A stretch of 64,000 nt of DNA from Alphaproteobacteria bacterium (GTDB taxonomy: Bacteria > Pseudomonadota > Alphaproteobacteria > SMXQ01), in contig JBJHBM010000008.1 in assembly GCA_050485485.1 (NCBI GenBank), forward strand, positions 3,829-67,828, written 5' to 3'. The translations under genes and the position numbers were made by a program. Below the pieces are notes generated by a model. It saw only the letters and a list, made by a program, of their open reading frames with translations. It searched no databases and was not told the origin of the DNA. Positions 48,226 through 57,815 of the stretch are shown piece after piece (positions within the stretch are counted from its first letter, which is position 1; every line of letters starts with the position of its first letter).

Positions 48226-48764
48226 TCTTCCATCGTCTCGACATCGCTGGGCTTTTCATGGTCGAGCTGGAGCCGCACTTGGACGAGCGCGGCTTCTTCG
48301 CTCGGACCTTCTGCGACGAGGAGTTCGGCGCTCGGGACCTCGTCACGCACTGGCCGCAGTGCAACCTGTCCCATTCCAAGCGGCGCGGCACGCTGCGGGG
48401 CCTGCATTTTCAGCTTCCGCCGGAACCCGACACGCGCCTCGTCAGGGTCGCGCGCGGCGCGATCTTCGCCGCCGTGGCGGACCTGCGCGCCGACGGATTC
48501 GGCCGCGCACTCTGCTGCACCCTGTCGGCCGCCGACGGCTCCATGCTCTACATTCCGGGCGGCTGCGCCTTCGGATTCCAGACGCTGCGGGACGGCACCG
48601 AGGTCGCCTACCAGATGTCGGCCTCCTACCGTCCCGCGCTCGCGGCCGGCGTACGGTGGGACGATCCCGATCTCGGCATCTCCTGGCCGCTCGCCGTGAC
48701 CCGCCTGTCGGAACGGGATTGCAATCTTCCGCTGCTGCGCGAGCTGGAGCCGCTCGCGGCTTAG
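48222..48764 (+). CDS. dTDP/CDP-4-dehydro-6-deoxyhexose 3,5-epimerase-like cupin (RmlC family)
   Basis: 180 aa. [21 protein letters not shown]...[14 protein letters not shown]...[17 protein letters not shown]-coupled to the methyltransferase. Confidence 0.75.
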   Translation: MIFHRLDIAGLFMVELEPHLDERGFFARTFCDEEFGARDLVTHWPQCNLSHSKRRGTLRGLHFQLPPEPDTRLVRVARGAIFAAVADLRADGFGRALCCTLSAADGSMLYIPGGCAFGFQTLRDGTEVAYQMSASYRPALAAGVRWDDPDLGISWPLAVTRLSERDCNLPLLRELEPLAA

Positions 48765-50977
48765 CGCGCCGGAGCGAGCACGACAGCGGCGAGCGGCGGC
48801 AGCGTGAGCGAAAGCGAACAGGGGCGACCGTGGCTCGGCACCGCTTCCGCCGTCACGCGCCCGAGATTGCCGAGGCCGCCGCCGCCATAGGCTTCCGCAT
48901 CGGTGTTGAGAAGCTCCACGTAGTCGCCGCCCGCGGGCACGCCGACGCGGTAGGCCCGCCGGACGACCGGCGTAAAGTTGCAGACCACCACCGCATGGTC
49001 GTCCGGCCCGCCGCCGCGTCGCAGGTAGGCAAAGACGCTTGCGTCGGCGTCGTAGGCCGCGATCCATTCGAACCCGTCCGGCGAGCAGTCCTTCCGATGC
49101 AGCGCCGGGACCGAGCGGTAGAGCCGGTTGAGGTCGCGCACCAGCGCCTGCACCCCCCGGTGGAACGGATCTTCGAGCAAGTGCCAGTCGAGGCTGGCGT
49201 CGTGGTTCCACTCGTTCGCCTGCGCGAACTCACCGCCCATGAATAGGAGCTTCTTGCCCGGCTGCGTGTACATGAAAGCGAAATAGGCCCGCAGGTTGGC
49301 GAACTTCTGCCAGCGGTCCCCCGGCATCCGCCCGAGCAGCGAGCCCTTGCCGTGCACCACCTCGTCGTGGGACAGCGGCAGGATGAAGTTCTCGCTGAAG
49401 GCATAGAGCAGTCCGAAGGTCATGTCGTTGTGGTGGAAGCGCCGATGTACCGGCTCGCGCGACATGTAGCGGAGCGTGTCGTTCATCCAGCCCATGTTCC
49501 ACTTGTAACCGAAGCCGAGCCCGCCCGCGTAGGTCGGGTGCGACACCCCGGGCCAGGCGGTGGATTCTTCGGCGGCCGTCATGATTCCCGGACAACGGCC
49601 GTAGAGCTGCTCGTTGACCGATTTCAGAAAGCCGACCGCCTCGAGATTCTCGTTGCCGCCGTACTCGTTCGGAATCCATTCGCCCGGGAGACGGCTGTAA
49701 TCGAGGTAGAGCATCGAGGCGACGCCGTCCACGCGCAGCCCGTCGGCATGATAGCGCTCCGCCCAGTAGAGCGCGTTGGCGGTGAGGAAATTGGCGACCT
49801 CGCGCCGGCCGTAGTTGTAGATCAGCGTGTCCCAGTCCATGTGGCGGCCCTGGCGCGGGTCCGCATGCTCGTAGAGATGGGTGCCGTCGAAGGCGCCGAG
49901 GCCGTGGGTATCGGTCGGAAAATGACCCGGCACCCAATCGAGGATCACGCCGATCCCGGTACCGTGGCAACGGTCCACGAAAGCCCGGAACTCGGCGGGC
50001 GTCCCGTAGCGCGCGGTCGGGGCGAACAGGCCGATCGGCTGATATCCCCAGGAGCCGTCGAACGGATATTCGGAAACCGGCATCAGCTCGACGTGGGTGA
50101 AGCCCATGTCACGGACATAGGGCACGAGCTGATCCGCGAGCTCGGCATAGGTCAGGTAGCGGTTGCCCTCCGCGCGCCGCCACGAGCCGAGATGCACCTC
50201 GTAGATCGCGATCGGCGCGTCGCGTCCCTGGTGCCTGCCACGCGTCGACATCCAGGCCTCGTCGCGCCACGGTGCCGGATCGGGCGCGGCGACCACGCAG
50301 GCGCTGCGCGGCGGCGGCTCGCAGGAGAAGGCGAAGGGATCGGACTTGAGCGGCAGCAGGCGCCCATCGGGCGCCACCACCTCGTACTTGTAGAACGCCC
50401 CCGGACCGATGCCGGGAAGGAACATCTCCCAGATGCCGCTCTCCGGCCGGCGGCGCAGGACGTGGACGCGCCCGTCCCACCCGTTGAAATCGCCGACGAC
50501 GCTGACGCGCCGCGCATTGGGCGCCCAGACGGCGAACCGTACGCCGGCGATGCCGTCTAGGGTCGCGGGATGCGCGCCGAACACGTCGTAGAGCCGGAAG
50601 TGCCGTCCCTCGGCAAACAGCCACTGGTCGTGGTCGGAAACCGTCGTGCCGAAACGATAGGGGTCCTCTATCTCCGCCGTCGAGCCGTCGCGCGTCACCC
50701 TCAGGCGATAGCGAAAGGTTTCCGCCCGGTCCGGCAACCGGCCCGCGAACAGGCCTGCCTCGTGGACACGCGCTAGCGTCCCCGCATCCGCTCCCTGCGC
50801 GGCATCCATCACGGCAACCGCCTCGGCCCCGGGCAGGAACGCCCGCACCGTCAGCACGCCGTCCGTCCCCCGGTGCATCCCGAGCACGGCGAACGGATCG
50901 CCATGCTCGCCGCGCGCAATGGCGGCGGCGGTCGCCGGGTCTATTGTCGGAAACGATCGAGCAGGCGGAACGGTCAT
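48761..50977 (-). CDS. glgB: 1,4-alpha-glucan branching enzyme
   Basis: 738 aa. CBM48 N-terminal domains, GH13 catalytic core ([31 protein letters not shown]) and alpha-amylase C domain. Confidence 0.92.
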   Translation of the reverse strand: MTVPPARSFPTIDPATAAAIARGEHGDPFAVLGMHRGTDGVLTVRAFLPGAEAVAVMDAAQGADAGTLARVHEAGLFAGRLPDRAETFRYRLRVTRDGSTAEIEDPYRFGTTVSDHDQWLFAEGRHFRLYDVFGAHPATLDGIAGVRFAVWAPNARRVSVVGDFNGWDGRVHVLRRRPESGIWEMFLPGIGPGAFYKYEVVAPDGRLLPLKSDPFAFSCEPPPRSACVVAAPDPAPWRDEAWMSTRGRHQGRDAPIAIYEVHLGSWRRAEGNRYLTYAELADQLVPYVRDMGFTHVELMPVSEYPFDGSWGYQPIGLFAPTARYGTPAEFRAFVDRCHGTGIGVILDWVPGHFPTDTHGLGAFDGTHLYEHADPRQGRHMDWDTLIYNYGRREVANFLTANALYWAERYHADGLRVDGVASMLYLDYSRLPGEWIPNEYGGNENLEAVGFLKSVNEQLYGRCPGIMTAAEESTAWPGVSHPTYAGGLGFGYKWNMGWMNDTLRYMSREPVHRRFHHNDMTFGLLYAFSENFILPLSHDEVVHGKGSLLGRMPGDRWQKFANLRAYFAFMYTQPGKKLLFMGGEFAQANEWNHDASLDWHLLEDPFHRGVQALVRDLNRLYRSVPALHRKDCSPDGFEWIAAYDADASVFAYLRRGGGPDDHAVVVCNFTPVVRRAYRVGVPAGGDYVELLNTDAEAYGGGGLGNLGRVTAEAVPSHGRPCSLSLTLPPLAAVVLAPAR

Positions 50978-51014
50978 CGCTCCCCGAGGACTCCCCTGGC
51001 AACCCTGCGCGGCC

Positions 51015-52160
51015 TCAACCCCACACCGCTTCGGCCGTGCGCCCGATCACCTCGAGCTTGCGCTTCTGGTCGTCCTCGGAGATCAGGTTGCCGACCACGT
51101 CCGACGAAAAGCCGCATTGCGGGCTGATCGCCAGCTGGTCGAGCGGCAGATAGCGGGTCGCTTCGTCGATGCGCCGCCGCAGGCCGTCCACCGTCTCCAG
51201 CTCCGGCACCTTGGTGCTGACGAGGCCGAGCACCACCACCTTGCCCTTGGGCACGAAGCGGAGCGGGTCGAATGTACCGGCGCGCGGGCTGTCGTACTCC
51301 AGCATGAAGCGCTGGTGCGGCAGCTCGTTGAAGAGGCGCTCGGCGATGGCATCGTAGGCGCCTTCGCGGTGCCACATGCTGCGCTGGTTCCCGCGACAGA
51401 GATGGATGCCGAAGGTGGCGTCCGGGAAGCCTTCCGCGAGGCGCGATTCCGCTCTCAGGGAACGGGCAAAATTTTCCATCGGGTCCTCGCCGCGCGCGCG
51501 CATCTCTTCGAGCGACGGCTGGTCGACGTAAGCCGTGAACCCGGGCGCGTCGATATGGATATAGCGGCATCCCGCGTTCACGAGGCTTCCGATGATCTCG
51601 CGCTCGATCGCGACCACGTCATCCAAGAAATCATCCATGCCGTCGTACACGTCGCGCGAATTGGCGTAGTCGAAGCGTTGCGAGATGCGATCCGGTCCGA
51701 TCAGGCTGACCTTGGCGGGGTGCTTCGCGACATCGCTCACGAAGCGGTATTCGTCAAGTGGAATGTTGTGGGCGAGCCTGAGGCGCGACACCGTGGGACG
51801 ACGGTGCGATACCGCCGTGCCGGCTTCGTTGAGATCGGGAATCTTCCAGCGCTGGAGCGGCTTGCCCCCTTCGACACGGGTCTCGTAGAGGGCGAGCCGG
51901 GGGCCGCTGGTGTCGAAGCCCTCGACCGCCGCGCCGAAACTGTCCTGGAAGTTGAGGCGGCGCATCTCGCCGTCGGTAACGACGGCGATGCCCGCCGCTT
52001 CCTGCAGCGCCACCGCCTCGCGCACCGCGCGGTCCTCGAGCTCGCGCAGCGCTTCCGCCGCGAGCGCGCCGTCGTCGAACTTGCGCCGCGCTTCCTTGAG
52101 GTAGGCGGGGCGCAGCATGCTGCCGATGACGTCAGTGCGAATCGTATCGAGCCTGTCCAT
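51015..52160 (-). CDS. Cobalamin-independent methionine-synthase-like (MetE C-terminal-domain family) Zn-dependent methyltransferase
   Basis: About 381 aa from ATG 52160 ([18 protein letters not shown]). Zn-ligand pattern IHLCRGN...E...ISPQCGFS, as in the MetE/UROD-like fold. Confidence 0.75.
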   Translation of the reverse strand: MDRLDTIRTDVIGSMLRPAYLKEARRKFDDGALAAEALRELEDRAVREAVALQEAAGIAVVTDGEMRRLNFQDSFGAAVEGFDTSGPRLALYETRVEGGKPLQRWKIPDLNEAGTAVSHRRPTVSRLRLAHNIPLDEYRFVSDVAKHPAKVSLIGPDRISQRFDYANSRDVYDGMDDFLDDVVAIEREIIGSLVNAGCRYIHIDAPGFTAYVDQPSLEEMRARGEDPMENFARSLRAESRLAEGFPDATFGIHLCRGNQRSMWHREGAYDAIAERLFNELPHQRFMLEYDSPRAGTFDPLRFVPKGKVVVLGLVSTKVPELETVDGLRRRIDEATRYLPLDQLAISPQCGFSSDVVGNLISEDDQKRKLEVIGRTAEAVWG

Positions 52161-52343
52161 GTATCGCGGCCTCCTTCCCCATGAGCCTGAGCGGGTGCGG
52201 ATGCTTCCGTCATATCCCAGCCGCAGCGTCGTGACCACCAGCCTTTTCCGGCCCCACCGGCTTTCCGCGGGCCGGAACTTTCGCGCGTCGCCGGGAGTTA
52301 GTGGAGGAATGCCGACGCATGACCCAACCCGAGGAAGTCCGTA

Positions 52344-52418
52344 ATGCCCTACCTGATTCTGTGGCTGCTCGGCGTACCGCTGTCCGTCATCATCATCCTG
52401 CTGCTCATTTTCGGCTAG
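52344..52418 (+). CDS. 24-codon hydrophobic micro-ORF (MPYLILWLLGVPLSVIIILLLIFG)
   Basis: Not in the ORF track (too short). GAGGAAG RBS 6 nt upstream of ATG 52344 and TAG at 52416. Single predicted TM helix. Followed by a GC hairpin. Confidence 0.35.
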   Translation: MPYLILWLLGVPLSVIIILLLIFG

Positions 52419-52437
52419 TTCGCGGCCCGCGTTGGGC

Positions 52438-54168
52438 CTAACGCGTGGCGAGGCCGTCGCGGACGCGCGCGCCGTAGTCGCGCTCCACCGCCTCGGGCGT
52501 GACGTAGCCGCGATCGAGGTCGCGCTGGATCAGCGCGAGCGGACGTTCGCCGGGCGGCCCGTAGCCGCCCCCTCCGCCGGTCTCCAGCACCACGCGATCC
52601 CCCGGACGCAGCGGGTAGCCCTTGGCCTTGCACATGGATTCCGCGGCACCGTCGGAACGGATCACGGTGACCATGCCGGGAAGCGCCGCCTTGCCGCCCA
52701 TGGCGCCCCAGGGCGGGCACCTGGTGCGATCGAGGTTGGTCTGCAGGAAGCACGGCGCCGTCACGGTGTAGCGCTTGCGGAAGCCGAGCCCGCCCCGGAA
52801 CCTGCCGGCGCCGGCCGAATCGGGCCTGAGGCTCAGTTCGTCGATGCGGATCGGCAGCAGGCTTTCCTGAAGCTCCATCGGGATCAGGCGCGTGTCGCCG
52901 TGGGCCATGGTGCGGAACGGCCCCGCCCCGTCGCCCCAAGCGGAGGCGCCCCAGCCGCCGTGGCCGCTGTCGTGGCCGTTGAAGGCCCTCCCGTCCGCCC
53001 ATCGGCCGTAGATGCGGAACCCCGAATGGGTAGCGAAATGCCCGCCGGTGGCGAGCTCCGGCACGGCCTGGCCCAACGCGCTGATGATGGCGTCGATCAC
53101 GGTCGGCAACGGCATGGGGTAGTTCGCCATCGGCGCGGTGGGATGGGCGCTCAGGATCTTGCCCTCGGGCAGCACCACCGCGAGCGGACGGAACACGCCT
53201 TCGTTGGCAGGCTCGCGCGGAGCAATCAGGTACTTGAAGGCGACCCGCGCCGCCGTCACGCCGCCGCCGAAGTAGCCCGAGTTCACGGGACCGGGCGCCT
53301 GGTCCGCGATGCCGGTGAAATCCACCGTCAGCGCGTCGCCCGCGACCGTCACGGAGATGGCGATGGGGAGCGGGTCATCGCCCATGCCGTCGTTGTCGAG
53401 GAAAGTCTCGACCCGGTAGGTGCCGTCCGGAATCTCGCGGATGCGCGCGCGCGAGGCGGCTTCGCCCTGATCGAGGATCGCGGCGAGCGCCGCGAAGAAC
53501 GTGGGAAGGCCGTACTTCTCGGCCAAGGCCCTCGTCATGTCGCGGCCGAGCAGGCAGCCCGCGAGCTGGGCCGAGATGTCGCCCATCAGGTCCACCGGCA
53601 GGCGCGTGTTGTTCTCGATGATGCGGTAGATTTCCTCGATCGGCTCGCCCTTCGACCACATCTTGATCGAGCGGAGCTGCAGCCCTTCCTCGAAGATGTC
53701 CCTGGTGCCCACCATCTGGCCGCCGATGTCCACCCAGTGAACGTTGAGCGCGAAGAATCCGATCAGCACCCCCTTGCCGGGCCCCGCGAAGATCGGCGTG
53801 TACATGACGGTGTTGTTGAGGTGCTGGCCCTGGACGGCCGGATGATTGCACGCGACCACGTCGCCCTCGAACAGGCGGTCGCGCCCGTAGATCGCAAGGC
53901 CGTCGCGCACGGCGGCGCCGACCGCGTCGGCCGCGAAGGGCGGCATGCCGCCGGTGGACTGCGCCACCAGCTGCCCGTCCACGTTGACGAGGCCGACCGC
54001 GAAGTCCTTGTACTCGTAGACGTAGGGGCTGAAGGCGGTGCGCGTGATGTTGGCGTCGATCTGGTCCGTGATCGAGATGATGCCGTGCCGGATCACCTCC
54101 AGCGTGATCGGATCGAGCGGTGTGCTCGTGCCTTTGCGCGTTACCGTCTCGCGGGCATCGTCCGCCAT
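52438..54168 (-). CDS. Hydantoinase B / 5-oxoprolinase B-subunit family protein (HyuB-like)
   Basis: 577 aa from ATG 54168-54166 with GGAGG RBS. MADDARETV...DPITLEVIRHGIISITDQIDANITRTAFSPYVYEYKDFAVGL... No HyuA-type partner is adjacent in the window. Confidence 0.8.
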   Translation of the reverse strand: MADDARETVTRKGTSTPLDPITLEVIRHGIISITDQIDANITRTAFSPYVYEYKDFAVGLVNVDGQLVAQSTGGMPPFAADAVGAAVRDGLAIYGRDRLFEGDVVACNHPAVQGQHLNNTVMYTPIFAGPGKGVLIGFFALNVHWVDIGGQMVGTRDIFEEGLQLRSIKMWSKGEPIEEIYRIIENNTRLPVDLMGDISAQLAGCLLGRDMTRALAEKYGLPTFFAALAAILDQGEAASRARIREIPDGTYRVETFLDNDGMGDDPLPIAISVTVAGDALTVDFTGIADQAPGPVNSGYFGGGVTAARVAFKYLIAPREPANEGVFRPLAVVLPEGKILSAHPTAPMANYPMPLPTVIDAIISALGQAVPELATGGHFATHSGFRIYGRWADGRAFNGHDSGHGGWGASAWGDGAGPFRTMAHGDTRLIPMELQESLLPIRIDELSLRPDSAGAGRFRGGLGFRKRYTVTAPCFLQTNLDRTRCPPWGAMGGKAALPGMVTVIRSDGAAESMCKAKGYPLRPGDRVVLETGGGGGYGPPGERPLALIQRDLDRGYVTPEAVERDYGARVRDGLATR

Positions 54169-54185
54169 CGTCGGCCTCCGTCCAG

Positions 54186-55295
54186 CTACCTCTTCCGCTT
54201 TCCGCGTCCCGCGGCCCCGGCCGCGCGCGCGGGCGTCTTGCGGGCCTTGCGGCGCTTCACGGCCTCCTCGGGCGCGGGCGTAGCGCCGGTGCGCTCCATC
54301 ATACCGACATGGCCCCAGGTGTCCTCGTAGTTGCGCTGGGCGTCGTCGGTAAGGAAACGCGCCTCGATGTCCTTGATCTCGTAATAGCCCATCAGTTTGC
54401 GCACCTCGGTGCGGCCCCACGGGCTCGCCTTGGTGCGCTCGGCGAGGTCGCGCAGCGCCTCCGCGCCGCGCAGCTTCAGGTCGTGCAGGACGTGCCAGGC
54501 CGCGTTGAGGCCGGCGTTGGCGGCGATCGTCGGATAGAGCACGATGCGCGCGCCGAGATCCTCGTATTCCTGCGGCGTCGGTGCGGGATCCCCGCCGCCC
54601 CAGATGACGAGCAGCGGCGCGGGGATGCGGCGTGCCGCCGCGCGCACCTGCTCGCGGGTCTCCACCGAGTTGAGCCACACGAAGTCGGCGCCGCCGTCCG
54701 TGACGTACGCCACCGAGCGCTCGACCGCCTCCTCGAAGGAACTGCCCTCGGCGCCCAGGACGTCGCAGCGCGCGCAGATGACGAAATCGGGATCGGCCGC
54801 GTCGCGCGCGGCGACCGCGGCGCGGTACTTGCCCACCGCTTCTTCGATCGGGATGCAGCGCCGCCCCGGCTGGGTGCCGGACTTCTTGGGCGCCTCTTGG
54901 TCCTCGATCTGAAGCGCGGCGACGCCGCTGCGGATCACCTCCTGGACGGTGTAATGGACGTTGACCGCGTTGCCGAAGCCGGTGTCGGTGTCGAGCAGGA
55001 TCGGGATGCCGGAGCGCGCGGCACAGTGGCGCGCGTGGTCCACCACGTCGCGCAGGCCGATGATGCCGGCATCCGGCACGCCCAGCAGATAGGCCGACAT
55101 CTGCGAGCCCGCGACGAAGAAGCATTCGAAGCCGGCCTCCTCGGCGATGCGGGCGTAGACCGGGCTGAAGCCGCCCGGCATCACCGTGAGCGTGTCGCGC
55201 CCGAGGATGTCGCGGAACCAGAGGCGCTTGCGGCGCACCGATTCCGCGTAGGTCTCGTTCTTCGGCGGCTTGTTCCAGGCCGGTCGCTTCGCCAT
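54186..55295 (-). CDS. PEP mutase / isocitrate lyase superfamily enzyme (2-methylisocitrate-lyase or oxaloacetate-decarboxylase-like) with Lys/Arg-rich C-terminal tail
   Basis: FRDILGRDTLTVMPGGFSPVYARIAEEAGFECFFVAGSQ...PILLDTDTGFG...ALQIEDQ...FVICARCD, typical of the ICL/PEPM TIM-barrel. The last about 35 aa are polybasic (KRRKARKTPARAAGAAGRGKRKR). Confidence 0.75.
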   Translation of the reverse strand: MAKRPAWNKPPKNETYAESVRRKRLWFRDILGRDTLTVMPGGFSPVYARIAEEAGFECFFVAGSQMSAYLLGVPDAGIIGLRDVVDHARHCAARSGIPILLDTDTGFGNAVNVHYTVQEVIRSGVAALQIEDQEAPKKSGTQPGRRCIPIEEAVGKYRAAVAARDAADPDFVICARCDVLGAEGSSFEEAVERSVAYVTDGGADFVWLNSVETREQVRAAARRIPAPLLVIWGGGDPAPTPQEYEDLGARIVLYPTIAANAGLNAAWHVLHDLKLRGAEALRDLAERTKASPWGRTEVRKLMGYYEIKDIEARFLTDDAQRNYEDTWGHVGMMERTGATPAPEEAVKRRKARKTPARAAGAAGRGKRKR

Positions 55296-55332
55296 TCCCT
55301 CGTCTTCCCCCTATCCGGCCCGCCGGTCCTTG

Positions 55333-55983
55333 CTATTTCGGCTCCGCCGACCAGCCATAAAGCTCGATGGTGGAGCGGCCGGCCTTGATCTCGGCGATGG
55401 TCCGGGCCTCCTTGTCCTCGCGCGCCTGGGAAGCGTCGAGGGCCTCCGCGAGGCGCGCGCGCGGAATCGCCACCACGCCGTCGCGGTCCCCCACCACCAC
55501 GTCGCCCGGCGCGACGGCGACGCCGCCGATGGTCACGGAGCGGTTGATGGCGCCGCCCTCCTCCTTGGTGGTGCCCTGGATCGCGAGGCAGCGCGCGAAC
55601 ACCGGAAAACCGATCTCCTCCAGGAGGTCGGCATCGCGCACGCCGCCGTCGATCACGAGCCCGCCCAGCTTGCGGGCGATGCAGGCGAAGGCCATGATCT
55701 CGCCGAAGTAGCCGGCCTCGTAGCCGCCGCCCACGTCCACCACCAGCACGTCGCCCGGACGCGCCGCATAGATCGCGCGATGGATGTTGATGTTGTTGAA
55801 CGGCTTGGCGACCACCGTCACGGCCGGGCCGCACAGCTTCATGCCCGGCGCGACCGGCTTGATGGCGGCGGGCAGCGCGCCGGTCCGCCCCATCGCCTCG
55901 TGGATGGTGGCGGACGGAAAGCCCGCCGCGCGCACGAGCAGGGCGGGGGCGGGGCGTTCGATCTCGGGAATGCTCATCGCCTC
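55333..55983 (-). CDS. RraA-like family protein (4-hydroxy-4-methyl-2-oxoglutarate / 4-carboxy-4-hydroxy-2-oxoadipate aldolase-like) copy 1
   Basis: ATG at 55983. RraA fold motifs GDVLVVDVGGGYEAGYFGEIMAFACIARKLGGLVIDGGVRD. Start overlaps the stop of copy 2. Confidence 0.75.
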   Translation of the reverse strand, partial: EAMSIPEIERPAPALLVRAAGFPSATIHEAMGRTGALPAAIKPVAPGMKLCGPAVTVVAKPFNNINIHRAIYAARPGDVLVVDVGGGYEAGYFGEIMAFACIARKLGGLVIDGGVRDADLLEEIGFPVFARCLAIQGTTKEEGGAINRSVTIGGVAVAPGDVVVGDRDGVVAIPRARLAEALDASQAREDKEARTIAEIKAGRSTIELYGWSAEPK

Positions 55984-56629
55984 ACCTCTTGGTCTGCAAG
56001 CCGTGGTAGCCGTGGGCCTTGCGGGCCTCAACCAGCGGCTTGCCCGTCTTCACGTCGGCGATGATGCGTGCCTCCGCCTCCGCGATGGCAGTCGCGATAT
56101 CGAGCACCTCGCGCCCTTTCTCCTGCGGCACCACAAGAACGCCGTCGTCGGTGCCCATCACGATGTCGCCGGGGCGCACCTGCACGTCACCGAGCGAGAC
56201 CGTCACCCCGATGCCGTCCACCTCGACGCGGTCCTTTCCGGTGCGCATGAATCGTCCGCGCGAAAAGATCGGGTAGCCGACCTCGAGCGAGCCGGCCACG
56301 TCGCGGCACACGCCGTGGATCACGGTGCCGGCGACGCCGCGCTGTTTGGCGGTGGTGGTGAGGATGTCGCCCCACACGGTGCAGTCGAGCCGGCCGGCGT
56401 TGTCGAGCACCACCACGCCCCCCGGCGGCACGTCGTCGATATAGTCCCCGACGGTGCCCTTGACGAGGCCGCACGGCCGGTACTTGAGCGTGAACGCGCG
56501 CCCGGCCACGTGGTGGCCGACGGCGAGCGGCGCGATGCCCTGGGCCATGCCGTGAATGCCAAGCCGGTCGAGCGCGTCCGAGACGGACGCCGCCGCGAGA
56601 CCCTGGAAGCCGCGGACGATGTCATCCAT
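55982..56629 (-). CDS. RraA-like family protein copy 2
   Basis: LAAASVSDALDRLG...GGVVVLDNAGRLDCTVWGDILTTTAKQRGVAGTVIHGVCRD. Confidence 0.75.
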   Translation of the reverse strand: MDDIVRGFQGLAAASVSDALDRLGIHGMAQGIAPLAVGHHVAGRAFTLKYRPCGLVKGTVGDYIDDVPPGGVVVLDNAGRLDCTVWGDILTTTAKQRGVAGTVIHGVCRDVAGSLEVGYPIFSRGRFMRTGKDRVEVDGIGVTVSLGDVQVRPGDIVMGTDDGVLVVPQEKGREVLDIATAIAEAEARIIADVKTGKPLVEARKAHGYHGLQTKR

Positions 56630-56656
56630 GTACCGATGCTCCTCCTTTATATCCTA

Positions 56657-57332
56657 TCATCCCGATGATTTCCTGTCGCGGGCCAGCATCGATTCGTAGC
56701 CGCCCGTCTCCATCACCTCCACGATGGAGGCACCCTTGCGCACCGCCTCGGCCATGCGTGCCTCGCGCGCCGCAATCTCCTCGCCCGCCGCGATCACCTC
56801 CTCGGCGCGCGCCTTGGGAACGATGACGGTGCCCGACCCGTCCGCGACGACGTAGTCGCCGGGGTGCACCTGCACGCCTGCGAACTGGATCTCGGCATTG
56901 ACCGAATCCTGGATCACGCGGGTGCGCGCCGTGATCGGGACCACCGCGCGAGCATAGACCGGGAAACCCGCCGCCTGGCAATCATCGATGTCGCGGCAGG
57001 CGCCGTCGATGACGATGCCGGCAAGCCCCTTGGTGGCGGCCGCGAGCGACAGGAGCCCGCCCCAGCCCGGCACGTCGGTGCGTCCCGCGAGCTCCATCAC
57101 CAGGACGTCGCCGGGCCCAGCCGCCTCGATCGCCTCGGTGCCGAGGTGGCGGGTGGTGGTCTCGAAGCCCTGGGGCTTGAGCTTGACGGTGACGGCGCGC
57201 CCGGCGATGCGTGGGCACGGCCACTGGGGCCGGATGCCGAGGGTCGCGCCCTTGAGGCCGAGCTTGTCGAGCGCGTCCGAAACCGTGCAGGCGTCGAGCT
57301 TCCTGAGCCGTTCGACGAGATTATCCTGGGCC
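56657..57332 (-). CDS. RraA-like family protein copy 3
   Basis: Internal ATG about 57332 (MAQDNLVERLRKLDACTVSDALDKLG...GDVLVMELAGRTDVPGWGGLLSLAAATKGLAGIVIDGACRD). Confidence 0.75.
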
Positions 57333-57440
57333 ATGTCTGCTCCGATCGGATTGAAGGCAGAGCGCCTTGATAAGTCATTTGGGGTGCCGGGACCAGCCCC
57401 GGGCGAAGTCAAAACACCTTTGCCGAACCGGCGAACCGGC

Positions 57441-57815
57441 CTAAAGGACGGCGATGAACTCGAGCCGTATCCAATGGCGCCCGATGTCGCTCGCGATGGT
57501 GTGGCGCACCGGCCGGTCATTCTCGTCCGGGAACGTGCGGATCCATTCGGCGTTGACGAGGTCGCGGTCGGCGCGGTCCATCAGGTAGGCCACGACCTTG
57601 CCGATGTCGCCCACCGTGCCGCCGCCGCGCTCGACGATCGTGCGCATGTTGGCCCGGGCGATCTGGACCGCCTTGTCCTCGGGCACCTCTCCGGTCGCCG
57701 GGTCCTGGCCGCCGACCGCCGAGGAGAACAGGACGTTGCCGACCTTGACGGCGGTCGGGAACGGCTGCGGTTGGGACGGGACCCCCTTGCCCGCGATGAT
57801 CTGACGTTTTGCCAT
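57441..57815 (-). CDS. RidA/YjgF/TdcF-family reactive-intermediate deaminase
   Basis: 125 aa from ATG 57815. PQPFPTAVKVGNVLFSSAVGGQDPATGEV...NMRTIVERGGGTVGDIGKVVAYL. Confidence 0.75.
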   Translation of the reverse strand: MAKRQIIAGKGVPSQPQPFPTAVKVGNVLFSSAVGGQDPATGEVPEDKAVQIARANMRTIVERGGGTVGDIGKVVAYLMDRADRDLVNAEWIRTFPDENDRPVRHTIASDIGRHWIRLEFIAVL

